Assembly (NCBI GenBank): GCA_963736755.1
Contig: CAVTQE010000021.1
Coordinates: 3,680 to 67,679, forward strand
DNA length: 64,000 bases
Source: an uncultured delta proteobacterium
Lineage (GTDB): Bacteria > Desulfobacterota > WTBG01 > JAGOGO01
Reading direction: 5' to 3'
Of the stretch, positions 21,262 through 32,089 are shown one piece after another. Position numbers and translations under genes: made by a program. The first letter of the stretch is position 1; the number at the start of each line of letters is the position of its first letter. The notes below the pieces were generated by a model, which saw only the letters and a program-made list of their open reading frames with translations, was not told the origin of the DNA and searched no databases.

Positions 21262-22435
21262 TTATTTTTTTAACCACTCCAGCGGATCCAAGGGCTGGCC
21301 GTGGTGCCTAATTTCAAAGTAAAGGTTGGATCCCTTAAGGGAACCAGTATCACCCACAAGGGCGATTGTCTCTCCGGTTTTAACTGGGGTGCCCACCGGT
21401 TTTAAAAGTTCGGAAACATGACCAGAAAGGGTATAAAGCCCAGCACCATGATCAATAATAATAATATTTCCGTAACCTTTAAACCACCCGGAATAAATAA
21501 CAGTACCATTTAAGACTGCCTTTATCGGGCTTCCGAGTTGGGCAGTTATTTCAATTCCCTTGTTGAAGGAGACGGTGGCAAATTCCTGGTCTTCATGCTC
21601 GCCAAAGAAAGTAATGACTTTGCCCTCCACCGGGAAATCGAGCTTTCCTCGTAAGGAAAAAGGGTATCCCGAGGGAAACATTGCAGAAGGAAGAGACGTT
21701 ATGGCTTTTTGCTTATCCAACTTATCAATCAATCCCTGGAGCCGTTGCGAAGCCTGCTTAAGTTCTTCGAGCGCCTTGAGCTGGAGTTGCTTTTCCGACC
21801 TGACCTTGACTAATAAATTAGTTTTTTCTTCTTGATGGTTAAAAATTTTTTTCTGAACGGAACGGGTTTGTTGGGTCAAAACTTCCAGTTCTTTTTCGGT
21901 CTCCTTGAGTCTTTGTTTGTCGTGTTGGAGGAGATCGACATTTTGGGAATAATCATTAATTGTGCCCACATTATAATCAATTAATCGGGTTAGGTAACCA
22001 TACCTTCGCATCAATGTAGAAAAAGACTCAGAAGAAAAAATTGCTTTTGCAAAACTTAAACGTCCCAGTTGGTAAAGAACCTTTACCCGATCAGCCAAAA
22101 ACTTTTCCTCTTCAATTATCTCTGCCTTTAGTTTTTCAATCTCCTGATTTAAAGCCGTAATCTCTTTCTCCTGGTTTTTTAAGTTGACCTCATAATGTTT
22201 AAGTTCTTGTTGTTTTTGGGAAAGCGCTTCTTCGATGTTGTCTAAATCAGAAATGACTTTTTCTTCCGTTTTTTCAGCTTTTTTGATTCTGGCCTGTTTA
22301 TCTTCAATTTTTTTTTGAATCTCTTTTAATTCTTTTTTTCCTTAGGTGCTTTTTTTCCTCAGCTTGTAAGTTTCCAGAAAGGGCAAAAAAACCAAAAAAG
22401 ACTAACGCTAAAAAGAACAATAGCTTTTTATTCAT
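21262..22435 (-). pseudogene. EnvC-like murein hydrolase activator (coiled coil plus M23 peptidase domain), apparent frameshift in the T7 run at 22333-22339
   Basis: ATG at 22435 overlaps the ftsX stop (ATGAATAA). It encodes signal peptide MNKKLLFFLALVFFGFFALSG and then hits a stop. The next frame reads KELKEIQKKIEDKQARIKKAEK... straight into ORF 21262..22098, which has M23 motifs IIDHGAGLYTLSGH and GDTGSLKGSNLYFEIRHHGQPLDP. Confidence 0.82.
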
Positions 22436-23324
22436 ACTTTAAATATCTGCCCAAAGAGAAAAAACTTCCCAAGAATCCTGTTATCATCCCCACCGCAGTA
22501 ATAAGAAGAAGGTGAGGAAGCGGAAGAAAAAATATTTTAAAAAATTTTAACGAGAAATACGATGATTGGGCGATCCAGTTGCTAAAGAGTTGATAGGAAA
22601 CGAACAAGATAATGAGTGCAAAAAAAGCGCCCAAGAGACCTTGGAGAATTCCCTCAAGAAAGAAAGGGACTCTTATAAAAAAATTGGTTGCGCCTACGAG
22701 TTTCATAATCTCGATCTCATCTTTTCGGGCAAAAAGCGTAAGTTTTATGGTATTGGAGATAATAAAGATTGTGGCCAGCAAAATAACAACCCCCACTGCT
22801 AAGGCTGCTGATCGCATGAATCTTAGAAAATTTGCATACCCCTCAATCCAGGTTTGACCATACTCCACGTCTTCAACGCCGGGTATTTTTTTAATCTGGA
22901 GGGCAAAAAAATTTACTTCATCAGGACCTCGATACTCATCCTGCAGTTGAATATCCATTGAAGCAGGAAGAGGATTGTCTTTCAAACTTTCTAAAGCCTT
23001 CCTTTGTCCGGGAAAGCTATCTTTAAAAAAACTGAGCGCTTCTTCTTTGGTGATAAGGGATACTTTTTTCACCTGTGGGAATGAGTTTATTTTTTTTTGG
23101 ATTAAAGAAATATCTTCAGGCGTATTGCTATCCGCCAAGTAAACAGAAACCTGGATTTGGTCCTTCCATTTATTCAGGTAAGTTTGGAGGTTTAAAAATA
23201 CCATAAAAAAGGTGCTGAGCACTAATAAAGAAAGGCTGATGATGCCAACAGTAATAAGGTTGATAAGAAAAAAGTGTCTTAAGTTTTGAAAAGCTTTTTT
23301 AATAAAATAATAAAATCGCTTCAC
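22428..23324 (-). CDS. ftsX: cell division ABC transporter permease FtsX
   Basis: 298 aa with 4 TM segments, a periplasmic domain and characteristic N-terminal region FQNLRHFFLINLITVG. Located directly downstream of ftsE. Confidence 0.88.
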   Translation of the reverse strand: MKRFYYFIKKAFQNLRHFFLINLITVGIISLSLLVLSTFFMVFLNLQTYLNKWKDQIQVSVYLADSNTPEDISLIQKKINSFPQVKKVSLITKEEALSFFKDSFPGQRKALESLKDNPLPASMDIQLQDEYRGPDEVNFFALQIKKIPGVEDVEYGQTWIEGYANFLRFMRSAALAVGVVILLATIFIISNTIKLTLFARKDEIEIMKLVGATNFFIRVPFFLEGILQGLLGAFFALIILFVSYQLFSNWIAQSSYFSLKFFKIFFLPLPHLLLITAVGMITGFLGSFFSLGRYLKYE

Positions 23325-23334
23325 GATCAGTGCC

Positions 23335-24048
23335 CTAATTTATTGAACCTTCCCGGGTGTCTGCTTCTTCTGCACCTTTTCGCCCGGCAACAAACACTCC
23401 TTTGATTTTACCTTTTTCCAAGGCTACCACTTTAGTGGGGTTAAAGTTTAAAAGGTTTTTATCATGGGTGGCGATGACGATAGTTGTTCCCCAGGCATTG
23501 ATTATTTTAAAAAGTTTCATAATTTCTTTGGTAAGTTCGGCATCTAAATTACCGGTGGGTTCATCGGCCAAAAGGAGCGCGGGCTCGTTAACAATCGCCC
23601 GGGCAATAGCAACCCGCTGTTGTTCACCACCGGAGAGAACTAAGGGCACGGTGTTGATCCGGCTTAACAGCCCAACATGTTTTAAGACCTGTTGGACTTT
23701 GCGTTTGATTTCAGTTTTTTTAAGTCCGACCACTTCCAAAGCCAAACCAACATTATCAGACACCGTCCGGTGATTTAAAAGCTTAAAGTCCTGAAAAACA
23801 AATCCCATCCTCCGTCGCAACAAAGGAAGAGTTGATTTTTTGATCCTCCCGAAATTCATTCCATTAACGATTATCTGTCCCTTGGACGGGTGTTCCGCCC
23901 CAAAAATTAGTTTTAGGAGAGTACTCTTTCCAGCCCCACTTGGACCAAAGATAAAGACAAATTCCCCCTTCTCAATCTTCAGGCTGATATCAGATAGAGC
24001 GGGGTATTTAGGAGAGTAATTTTTATAAACATGGAACATCTGAATCAT
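23335..24048 (-). CDS. ftsE: cell division ATP-binding protein FtsE
   Basis: Walker [10 protein letters not shown], signature [14 protein letters not shown], Walker [14 protein letters not shown]-loop ATHD. Confidence 0.92.
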   Translation of the reverse strand: MIQMFHVYKNYSPKYPALSDISLKIEKGEFVFIFGPSGAGKSTLLKLIFGAEHPSKGQIIVNGMNFGRIKKSTLPLLRRRMGFVFQDFKLLNHRTVSDNVGLALEVVGLKKTEIKRKVQQVLKHVGLLSRINTVPLVLSGGEQQRVAIARAIVNEPALLLADEPTGNLDAELTKEIMKLFKIINAWGTTIVIATHDKNLLNFNPTKVVALEKGKIKGVFVAGRKGAEEADTREGSIN

Positions 24049-24120
24049 GTTGCTTATCTCGTGTAAAAAGCGTCAAACCAGATTGCTTTTGATCCTTCTG
24101 ACGTTGTGACGTACCCTCAA

Positions 24121-25092
24121 TCACTTCGCCGCTCGAACTGCCTGTTCCGTCTTTTGACTTCTGTGTTCCATTATTTGTTGAGCGGCTTTCACAATATTAC
24201 CCGGCTTTAATCCCAAATATTCGAGCAGGTCAGGAGCACTCCCCGATACCCCAAATTTATCCTGAACCCCGACTCTTACAATACGGGTAGGATTTTTTTC
24301 CGAAAGCACCTCGGCAACCGCACTGCCCAGCCCACCAATAACGGAGTGCTCTTCGGCGGTCACAATACCGCAGGTGTTTAAGGCGCAGTCAATCAACAGT
24401 TCTTCATCGATAGGTTTTATGGTGGAGATATTGACTACCCGTGCGGCAATGCCTTCCTTCGCCAAAATTTCAGCAGCCTCCAGACAGTGCGAAACCATAA
24501 GACCACACCCAATAAGGGATATATCCCTACCTTCTCTGAGAATTTTCCCTTTACCGAGTTCAAATTTGTAGTCATCGCCTAAAATAAGAGGAAACTTCAC
24601 CCGGGATGAACGGATATAAAAAGGCCCAGGTATTTTTACTACGGTCTTGATAACCTCCTGCATCTCTTTCCCATCCATGGGAACAATAACGCGCATCCCC
24701 GGCAATACTCTCATTATTGCTATGTCTTCCCCCGACTGATGAGACCCTCCATCCTCCCCTACCGTAACACCCCCATGACTGGCTACAATTTTTACGTTGA
24801 GCTTGTTGTAAACGATACTATATCTGACTTGTTCCCAAGCTCGACCACTGGCAAAAATAGCAAACGTGCTTGCGAATACCGTTTTTCCGCCTGCCGCTAA
24901 TCCGGCTGCGGTACCCATCAGGTTTTGTTCCGCTACACCCATGTTGAAAAAGCGGTCGGGAAATTTCTTGGCAAACAGGCTGGTTTTGGTAGAACCAGAT
25001 AAATCAGCATCTAAGACCACAATTTCTGGATAGAGTTCACCCAGCGCAGCTAAGGTTTCTCCGTAAGCTTCTCGTATTCCTGTTAACTTCAA
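24121..25092 (-). CDS. transketolase, C-terminal (pyrimidine-binding) subunit
   Basis: 323 aa: DADLSGSTKT, FFNMGVAEQNLMGTAAGLA, ASTFAIFASGRAWEQVR, GEDGGSHQ. TTG start in the track. Confidence 0.9.
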   Translation of the reverse strand: MKLTGIREAYGETLAALGELYPEIVVLDADLSGSTKTSLFAKKFPDRFFNMGVAEQNLMGTAAGLAAGGKTVFASTFAIFASGRAWEQVRYSIVYNKLNVKIVASHGGVTVGEDGGSHQSGEDIAIMRVLPGMRVIVPMDGKEMQEVIKTVVKIPGPFYIRSSRVKFPLILGDDYKFELGKGKILREGRDISLIGCGLMVSHCLEAAEILAKEGIAARVVNISTIKPIDEELLIDCALNTCGIVTAEEHSVIGGLGSAVAEVLSEKNPTRIVRVGVQDKFGVSGSAPDLLEYLGLKPGNIVKAAQQIMEHRSQKTEQAVRAAK

Positions 25093-25107
25093 GACCTTAC
25101 CCCTTTC

Positions 25108-25939
25108 TTACGATTTTATTCCTAATTCGACTAATGCTTTCGCCAATTCCTCGTCCGTGGGGGGAATTCCATGATATTCAACTTTGCCTTCAAAAAAAGA
25201 TACTCCTTTACCTTTTACCGTGCGCGCAACGATCAAGGAGGGTTTGTTCTTTACAGTCTCAGCTTTATCCAAAGCAGAAATAATCTCTTGAAAATCATGT
25301 CCATTGACGCGAAAAACTTCCCACCCAAAGCAGGCCCATTTATCGGCAATTGGTTCTATCTTCATAATTTCGTTTACCGGGCCATCAATTTGAAGTCCAT
25401 TATGATCAATAATCCCGCATACATTATCTAACTTATAGTGGGCCGCTGCCATAGCAGCTTCCCAAATTTGACCTTCCTGGTTTTCTCCGTCTCCCATAAG
25501 CACATAGACGCGCGAAGGACGCTTATCAAGCTTTAACGCTAATGCCATTCCATTAGCCATAGAAAGCCCCTGGCCAAGTGAGCCGGTCGAAATATCAATC
25601 CCCGGAGTCACTTTCATGTCCGGATGGCCCTGGAGAATGCTTCCTAATTTTCTTAAATTCATGAGTTCGGAAAGGTCAAAGTAACCACTTCGGGCTAAGA
25701 CGGTATAAAGGGCTGGTGCTCCATGTCCTTTAGAAAGGACAAAACGATCCCGATCAGGCCAGGTGGGATCTTTAGGATTGTGCCGCATTTTGTGAAAATA
25801 TAAAGAAACGATAATCTCAACGGTAGAGAGAGAGCCACCGGTATGGCCCGAGGAAGCGTTGGTTGAGCATTTTTAAAATATCAACGCGAATAGTCTTGGC
25901 AAGAGACTCTAATTTTTTAATCTGTTCAGCATTTAACAT
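25108..25939 (-). pseudogene. transketolase, N-terminal (TPP-binding) subunit, one apparent frameshift near 25855-25866
   Basis: ORF 25108..25788 has SKGHGAPALY, GSLGQGLSMANG and MGDGENQEGQIWEA. Upstream, ATG at 25939 gives MLNAEQIKKLESLAKTIRVDILKMLNQ. The expected ASSGHTGGSLSTVEIIVSLYFHKM then continues one frame over. Confidence 0.88.
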
Positions 25940-26183
25940 GAGCAAGATTTCCTTTCCCAGATGCAAAAAATGACCGTTAATTCAACTATATTAAATATAT
26001 ATATTAATATGTTAACACTTTTCAGAAAGGTTGTCTAACATTATTTCGGGTACTTTACAACCCCTTTATCTCCTCGCTGCAAGCCCATCAATTCATTAAT
26101 TTGAGCTTAAGGAAAACTATTTGTTTGGTGCGTGGGGGTGGTAAAAATTCTATGGGTAGGAATAGGATTTTACGGTGCAAATA

Positions 26184-27110
26184 TCAAGAGCATGAAAAGG
26201 CTAAAACATAAAAAGCCAAAAAAATTATTGCGACAACAAGAAGTGCCTTTTTGGACAGTTTCTTTTCAGGAGATATGAGGTAACCGTCTTTATCCCAATT
26301 TCGCTTAAAGCGGAATAAAGAGATAAAATTGTAGAAGACGAAAGCTTCTACAGCAAAAGGAGGAAACCCGAGAAATCCTGCTAAAGGCATCTCAAAAATT
26401 TTAAATCTCTCAAAAAAGGGGACTGTGTAAACCCATTTGGAGGTCGCCCAAAAGTTCCAAAATTCCCAGAGGAACCCGCAGATTAAACCCGCAGTAAGCA
26501 AAAGCAAAAGTCTGCGGAAATTTCCTTCTTCCCAGTCTCGAATCAAGGAAGGACTTTCGTGGAGATAGTTTATGGGGTCCAAGAGAAAAAAGACCCCGAG
26601 CCAGATAAGCGGGAAACAATATCGGGGAAAAATAAGCGGAGCAAGCAGAAACAGGGCTCCCAAAAGAGGAAAGACAGAAAGCCAGGATTTGGGAAAAATT
26701 AGGAGGCGGGTTTTAACTTTTGAATAAAGATTAAGGCAACCAAGAAGTTCGTACGTTTCAAATATTCCCGGCAAGACCGTGGCAAAGGAGATGAAATAGC
26801 CAACCCAGCGAAGCCAAAGGTTTCCGATTACATTTACATAGTGCCAGTTTTGCATACGAAGGTTGATCATTTCGAAAAAAAGCCAGAAGGCAACTGACCA
26901 GGGGATCATGACCAAAAATTCGCGCCTTCGGCTTAATATGAGGGAGTTGCCCTGGATGCGAAAGATGATACCATCAACAATGAAGATGTAAGACCACCAC
27001 GCAAGAGGATAAAACCAGGAGGCAAACGGCTCTACTCCCTGGAGCATGAAGATTTCCGCAAAGGCAAGGAGAAGGACTCCACAAACAATCTGGGTATTAG
27101 CTTTTGTCAT
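26184..27110 (-). CDS. polytopic membrane protein of unknown function with internal two-fold repeat
   Basis: 308 aa with about 8 hydrophobic segments. The two halves share the pattern W.Y.F.VD.I ... W.FFE..N ... W.Y (residues about 30-95 and about 165-235). Confidence 0.5.
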   Translation of the reverse strand: MTKANTQIVCGVLLLAFAEIFMLQGVEPFASWFYPLAWWSYIFIVDGIIFRIQGNSLILSRRREFLVMIPWSVAFWLFFEMINLRMQNWHYVNVIGNLWLRWVGYFISFATVLPGIFETYELLGCLNLYSKVKTRLLIFPKSWLSVFPLLGALFLLAPLIFPRYCFPLIWLGVFFLLDPINYLHESPSLIRDWEEGNFRRLLLLLTAGLICGFLWEFWNFWATSKWVYTVPFFERFKIFEMPLAGFLGFPPFAVEAFVFYNFISLFRFKRNWDKDGYLISPEKKLSKKALLVVAIIFLAFYVLAFSCS

Positions 27111-27250
27111 TTTTTCATAATTCTATATTTCCTGATGGGATTTTGCAAGGGAAAACAAGTTAGATGTAAGAAAAAACAAACATCTTCTTGACAAATTTTA
27201 TTACATAAGACATATTATATAAATAGAAAAATGCATACTCATAGGAGGCT

Positions 27251-27826
27251 ATGGTGATTAAGATTGGCAATAAGATAAGAGAACTAAGAGAGCACGTGGG
27301 GTTTAGCCAGCAGAGGCTGTCCGAGCTTTTAGGGGTTTTGCGCCCCACGGTTTCTCAAATAGAGAAAGGGGAAAGAAGAATTTCTGCTGATGAACTAAAA
27401 AAGCTCTCAGAAATATTTGGTGTTTCAATGGAAAACTTGCTTGATCTGGAAAAAATTCCCGAAGTGATTTTAGAAGAGGGTAAAGTAAGGCAAAAAGCTA
27501 AACCTCTGATCAGAATCAATGTCCCCCAAAAAAACTTGGAAAAATTCAGAGCAGTCTTTCTTTACATCCTTAACAAAGTTGGGTCGAAGCCCAATATTGG
27601 CGAGACAGTAATCTATAAGCTGCTTTATTTTATTGATTTTGATTTGAAAGCAGAAAGCTCATTACCCGGGACATTGTTCACTCTCCATTCAACCCGACGA
27701 GAGCAATCAACTTTGGAACGAATGCCATTGCCACGCCTTCTTTTTATTGACGAGAAAATTTTAACGCAGGAATCTTTCCGCAACGGTTTTAAACGTCTCC
27801 ATGCTGAAGGATATAAAGGGTTTTGA
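27251..27826 (+). pseudogene. XRE-family HTH plus Panacea (DUF4065/SocA-like) antitoxin-type protein, apparently truncated after the start of the Panacea domain
   Basis: RBS AGGAGG. HTH_3 motif FSQQRLSELLGVLRPTVSQIEKGERRIS. After a linker, FRAVFLYILNKVGSKPNIGETVIYKLLYFIDFD resembles the first helices of Panacea domains. The sequence after about 27650 no longer resembles that domain. Confidence 0.5.
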
Positions 27827-28310
27827 AGATGTTCCGCCTTACGATTACCGCCCGTTAAGAGAAAGGCCGATCCTCCGGTTGTCAGATGGCCGTACGGTTA
27901 TCTTAGATCCGGTTTTTTTTAGTGAAAGAGCCTCGGTAGGACCTCTCTTCCTTCTAAGTAAAAATAAACCGCAGAATAAAGCCAACGACATCTTTGCTGC
28001 TTTTGGCGAGTCATTTGAAAACTATGCCGGTGATATTCTCAGACGAATGTTTCCTGAAGCACCAGGACTCTTTAATCGCCTATCGTGTAATCTTAAAATA
28101 TCCGAGACCAATCAATCAGATAATATGTTGGAAATAGACGCTTGTCTCAATGAGGTAACCGAGATAGTTCTGTTTGAAATGAAGGCGGTTTGGCTTCGGG
28201 AGGAAGAAATCCTAACCGAAGACCATGAAAGGTATCTCCAGCATTTACGCGAAAAATATGGTGTTGCCGAAGGGACTTGTCGGGATCGTAAGATCAAAGG
28301 AGTAGGTCAA
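27801..28310 (+). pseudogene. fragment of a PD-(D/E)xK-like nuclease-fold gene, 3-prime end lost at the aminotransferase gene
   Basis: ORF 27801..28403 contains LEIDACLNEVTEIVLFEMKAV (a D ... E.K arrangement). Its last ~30 codons run antisense into the convergent aminotransferase gene. The upstream frame (27650-27800) may hold more of the same gene. Confidence 0.35.
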
Positions 28311-28315
28311 GAAGT

Positions 28316-29497
28316 CTATCGGTATTTCTCCGCAACCCTCTTAAACCCCTCCATTGACCTTGCGATCGTTTCATCTGCCACACAATACGAAATCCGGAAG
28401 TAGCCGGGCGTGCCAAATCCAGAGCCTGGGACGGTGAGGATTCGTTCCTTTTGCAGCACCCGGACAAACTGGACATCATCCGGGATGAGACTTTTGGGAA
28501 AAAGATAAAACGCTCCTTCTGGCTTGTAAAACTGATAGCCACAGGCTGCTAATCCTTCGCAGAGGAGGTCGCGTTTCCTTTTATACTCAGTCGGATCACA
28601 GGCTAATTCAGTAACCTTCGCGATTACTCGCTGCATAAGCGCAGGGGCATTAACAAAACCTAATATCCGGAGGCAGAGAATAAAACCATCGATGATTTCT
28701 TTGACATCGTCAATCGCAGGGTGGGCGGCAATATAGCCAATCCGCTCGCCGGCTAAGGAAAGCGCTTTGGAATACGAGGTGGCAATAAAACTGTAGGGGT
28801 AGAGGGGTAAAACCGCTGGGACCTGCACGCCATCATAAATGATCTTTTTGTAAGGCTCATCAGAAATCAGGTAGATGGGTTTTCCGAATGCTTTGCTCTT
28901 TTGGGTAAGAAGCTGGGCTAATTCTTTTAAGTTGTTTTCAGAATAGACTTTCCCGGTTGGGTTATTCGGAGAGTTGATAAGCACTGCTCTGGTTTGAGAA
29001 TTTAAAAACGTTTCGAGCCTTGCCACATCAATCGAAAAGTCCTCCTTGGTAGGAACCAGTATCGGTTTTCCGCCAGCGTTGTCCACATAAAAATAATATT
29101 CCGCAAAGTAGGGGGTAAAAAGAATTACTTCTTCTCCGGGGTTGAGTAAGGATTTAAAAATTACGTTGATGGCGCCGGCTGCGCCGCAGGTCATCACTAT
29201 GTTGTCCCAGGGAACTGTGGTCTCTTGCTCTCTGGTAACATAATCAGCAATGGCCATCCTGGTTTCAGGGTAGCCAGCATTAGGCATATAAACATGACGA
29301 CCAGGAGTTTTATCTTGAGCTACGTGAATGAGAGTCTCGGTAAACTCCAAGGGAGGTTCAAGGATGGGGTTTCCGAGGCTAAAATCAAAAACATTTTTCT
29401 CCCCGTATTGGGTTTTCATCTGCCGGCCTTCCTCAAACATCCGCCTGATCCAGGAGGCGCGGTCAATAAAATCACGGATTTTATCAGCAATGGGCAT
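28316..29497 (-). CDS. class I/II PLP-dependent aminotransferase (aspartate/alanine aminotransferase-like)
   Basis: Likely start MPIADKIRDF at 29497. FSLGNP, PNAGYPETR, INSPNNPTGKVY and SYSKALSLAGERIGY (PLP lysine). Confidence 0.88.
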   Translation of the reverse strand: MPIADKIRDFIDRASWIRRMFEEGRQMKTQYGEKNVFDFSLGNPILEPPLEFTETLIHVAQDKTPGRHVYMPNAGYPETRMAIADYVTREQETTVPWDNIVMTCGAAGAINVIFKSLLNPGEEVILFTPYFAEYYFYVDNAGGKPILVPTKEDFSIDVARLETFLNSQTRAVLINSPNNPTGKVYSENNLKELAQLLTQKSKAFGKPIYLISDEPYKKIIYDGVQVPAVLPLYPYSFIATSYSKALSLAGERIGYIAAHPAIDDVKEIIDGFILCLRILGFVNAPALMQRVIAKVTELACDPTEYKRKRDLLCEGLAACGYQFYKPEGAFYLFPKSLIPDDVQFVRVLQKERILTVPGSGFGTPGYFRISYCVADETIARSMEGFKRVAEKYR

Positions 29498-29665
29498 AGG
29501 TATTACTCCAAAAAATGATTTATAAAGCATTTTCTTATCACAGGAAGGGAAGGTTGGCAACTGGGGAATGTTTTATGTCAAAAAAAGCTTGGTTAAAGAA
29601 ATTTTTGAATTCACTTTATTTTTCAAGTTTTTCCTGATAGAATGGTCACCTGAGGAAGGATAGAT

Positions 29666-30004
29666 ATGGTAAAACTGACAATCTTCAACGCCCTTTTTGA
29701 CGAAGGGGATATCAACCTGGTGGTTGATACCAATGTGGAGGGGGTAAAGGTTCCTCCCTATCTTTACGGGAAACTCACTAACTTTATCCTTGGAAATGTC
29801 TCTTCGCCCCGTCTGCTTGCGGATGAAAGCGGAGTTACTGCTCCTTTGCGGTTTGGAGGAACCAGGTTTGCCTGCTATTTCCCTTGGGCTTCGGTGCGGG
29901 CAATGATCTCCCGCAAAGCAGTGGTAAATTTTCCGAACGAAGGTGAAAAAGAGGACAAGGATAAACCCAAAGATGACCCGCCAAAGCTAAAGTGCATAAA
30001 ATGA
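29666..30004 (+). CDS. SspB-like (ClpXP adaptor / stringent starvation protein B family) protein
   Basis: 112 aa. INLVVDTNVEGVKVPPYL ... LRFGGTRFACYFPWASVRAMISRK parallels the recalled SspB core. Acidic linker and basic C-terminal tail PKLKCIK. Followed by a terminator. Confidence 0.55.
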   Translation: MVKLTIFNALFDEGDINLVVDTNVEGVKVPPYLYGKLTNFILGNVSSPRLLADESGVTAPLRFGGTRFACYFPWASVRAMISRKAVVNFPNEGEKEDKDKPKDDPPKLKCIK

Positions 30005-30037
30005 AGCCCCGACCAAAGGGTGGGGCTTCATTTTATT
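30002..30037 (+). terminator. intrinsic terminator after the SspB-like gene
   Basis: TGAAGCCCC-(loop)-GGGGCTTCA followed by TTTTATTT. Confidence 0.7.
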
Positions 30038-30276
30038 TATCCTCACAGATTGTCCTCTTCGAACTTCCTTAAACCAAAAAAAATTAATCAGACCTTAGAG
30101 ACTCACCCGAGAGGTTTTTTTATTCAGAGTTGAATTGTGTTGCTCAGGGTGAAAACGCTTATTTCTGTGCGTAGGCTTCAGGGTCGATATAGTCCCCATA
30201 CGTTTCCTTTGCCTTGAGTAACCGCTGCCGTTTGCATGATTCGTCAGTTTTGACTGACGCCTGACGTCTTTTTTGA

Positions 30277-32089
30277 CTAGCTCAGACGTTTTTCCAGAGC
30301 GTCGAGTTCTTTTTTAAGTTCTTCCGGCAGACGATCGCCGAACTTGGCGTAATGTTCGCGGATGCTGGCGACTTCTTTCTTCCACTCGTCTTTATTGACA
30401 TCCAGAAGTTCCTTCATATCCGCTGCGCTTACACTCAGTCCGGTCGTGTCGATGGCATCTTCAGTGGGCATAAAGCCGATCGGCGTTTCCTTGGCTTTTC
30501 CCTTTCCGGCCGACCGTTCGAAGATCCACTTCAACACGCGGCTGTTTTCGCCGTAGCCGGGCCACAGCCACTTGCCGTCCGCCGTTTTTCTAAACCAGTT
30601 GACGTAAAATATTTTCGGCAGTTTGTCTTCCGTCGTTTTCGTGCCGATGCTGATCCAGTGTTTGAAATAATCTCCCATGTTGTATCCGCAGAAAGGCAGC
30701 ATGGCGAACGGATCGCGCCGGACCTGTCCGATATTGGCGGAAATGGCGGCGGCGGTAATTTCGGAGCCGACGATCGATCCGAGGAATACGCCGTGATTCC
30801 AGTTAAACGACTGATGCACCAGCGGAATGGTGGAAGGACGACGGCCGCCGAACAAAAATGCGCTGATCGGCACGCCTTTGGGGTTTTCCCAGTCGGGGTC
30901 AATCGCGGGACACTGTCTGGCCGGGGCCGTAAAACGGGAATTGGGATGAGCGGCAACCTTACCGCTGTCTTTGGTCCAGTCATTGCCCGTCCAGTCGATA
31001 ATTTTGCCGGCAGGCGCATCGTATCCAATGCCTTCCCACCAGACGTCTTTGTCTTCCGTCAAAGCAACATTGGTAAAGATGGTGTTCTTTTCTATTGCTT
31101 TCATGGCGTTGGGATTGGAATCCAGCGACGTGCCCGGAGCAACGCCGAAGAATCCGGCTTCGGGATTGATGGCGTACAGACGGCCGTCCTCGCCGAATTT
31201 CATCCAGGCGATATCGTCACCGACGCATTCCACCTTCCAGCCGGGGATGGTGGGAATCAGCATGGCAAGATTGGTTTTGCCGCAGGCCGACGGGAAAGCG
31301 GCGGCCACATATCTTTTTTCTCCCTCGGGGCTCGTGATGCCGAGAATCAGCATGTGTTCGGCCAGCCAGCCCTCCTCTCTGGCCATCACCGATGCGATGC
31401 GAAGCGCAAAGCATTTCTTGCCCAAAAGCGCGTTTCCGCCGTATCCGGAACCGATAGGACCAGATCATTTTTTCTTCCGGGAAATGGGAAATGTATTTTT
31501 TCTCGATCGGAGCGCAGGGCCATTTGGCGCCGTCGGTTTCTCCTTCGGCCAGCGGTTTGCCCACCGAATGCAGGCACGGAACAAACTCGCCGTCTTCGCC
31601 CAGAACATCCAGCACCTTCTGGTCCCACTCGGGTCATAATATGCATATTTGCCACAACATAGGGCGAATCGGTGATCTCGATGCCGATCTGGGCAATGGG
31701 GGAACCGACCGGACCCATGCTGAATGGAATCACGTACATGGTCCGGCCTTTCATGCAGCCGTTGTAAAGCCTGTCATGGTTTTCTTCAACTCAACCGGAT
31801 CAATCCAGTTGTTTGTGGGGCCCGCTTCATCCTTGGTTTTCGAAGCGATGTAGGTGCGGTCTTCAACACGCGCCACGTCGGAAGGATCGGACCGGAAAAG
31901 AAAGCAATTCGGACGCTTGCTGGGGTTCAGCGGCGTGGCCACTTTGCTGTCGACCGTCACTTTAATCATGGCGTCATATTCATCCTGCGACCCATCGCAC
32001 CAGTAAACCTTGTCCGGTTTACACATTTTGGCCATGTCATCCACCCACTGGATGAGCTTTTTGTTCCTGGTCATACTGCTGTCGTTCAT
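30277..32089 (-). pseudogene. pckG: GTP-dependent phosphoenolpyruvate carboxykinase, split over four frames by three apparent single-nucleotide indels (about 31453, 31621-31625, 31766-31771)
   Basis: Four pieces: 31751..32089 ([15 protein letters not shown]); 31386..31754 ([40 protein letters not shown]); 31217..31615 ([19 protein letters not shown]); 30277..31425 plus upstream extension ([33 protein letters not shown]). Visibly GC-richer than flanks. Confidence 0.9.

Noticed and set aside
30352-31662. 436-aa ORF on the + strand
   Set aside because: It is antisense to the strongly conserved PEPCK gene, has a low-complexity composition rich in R, G and A, and has no RBS. This is the typical shadow ORF of a GC-rich gene.
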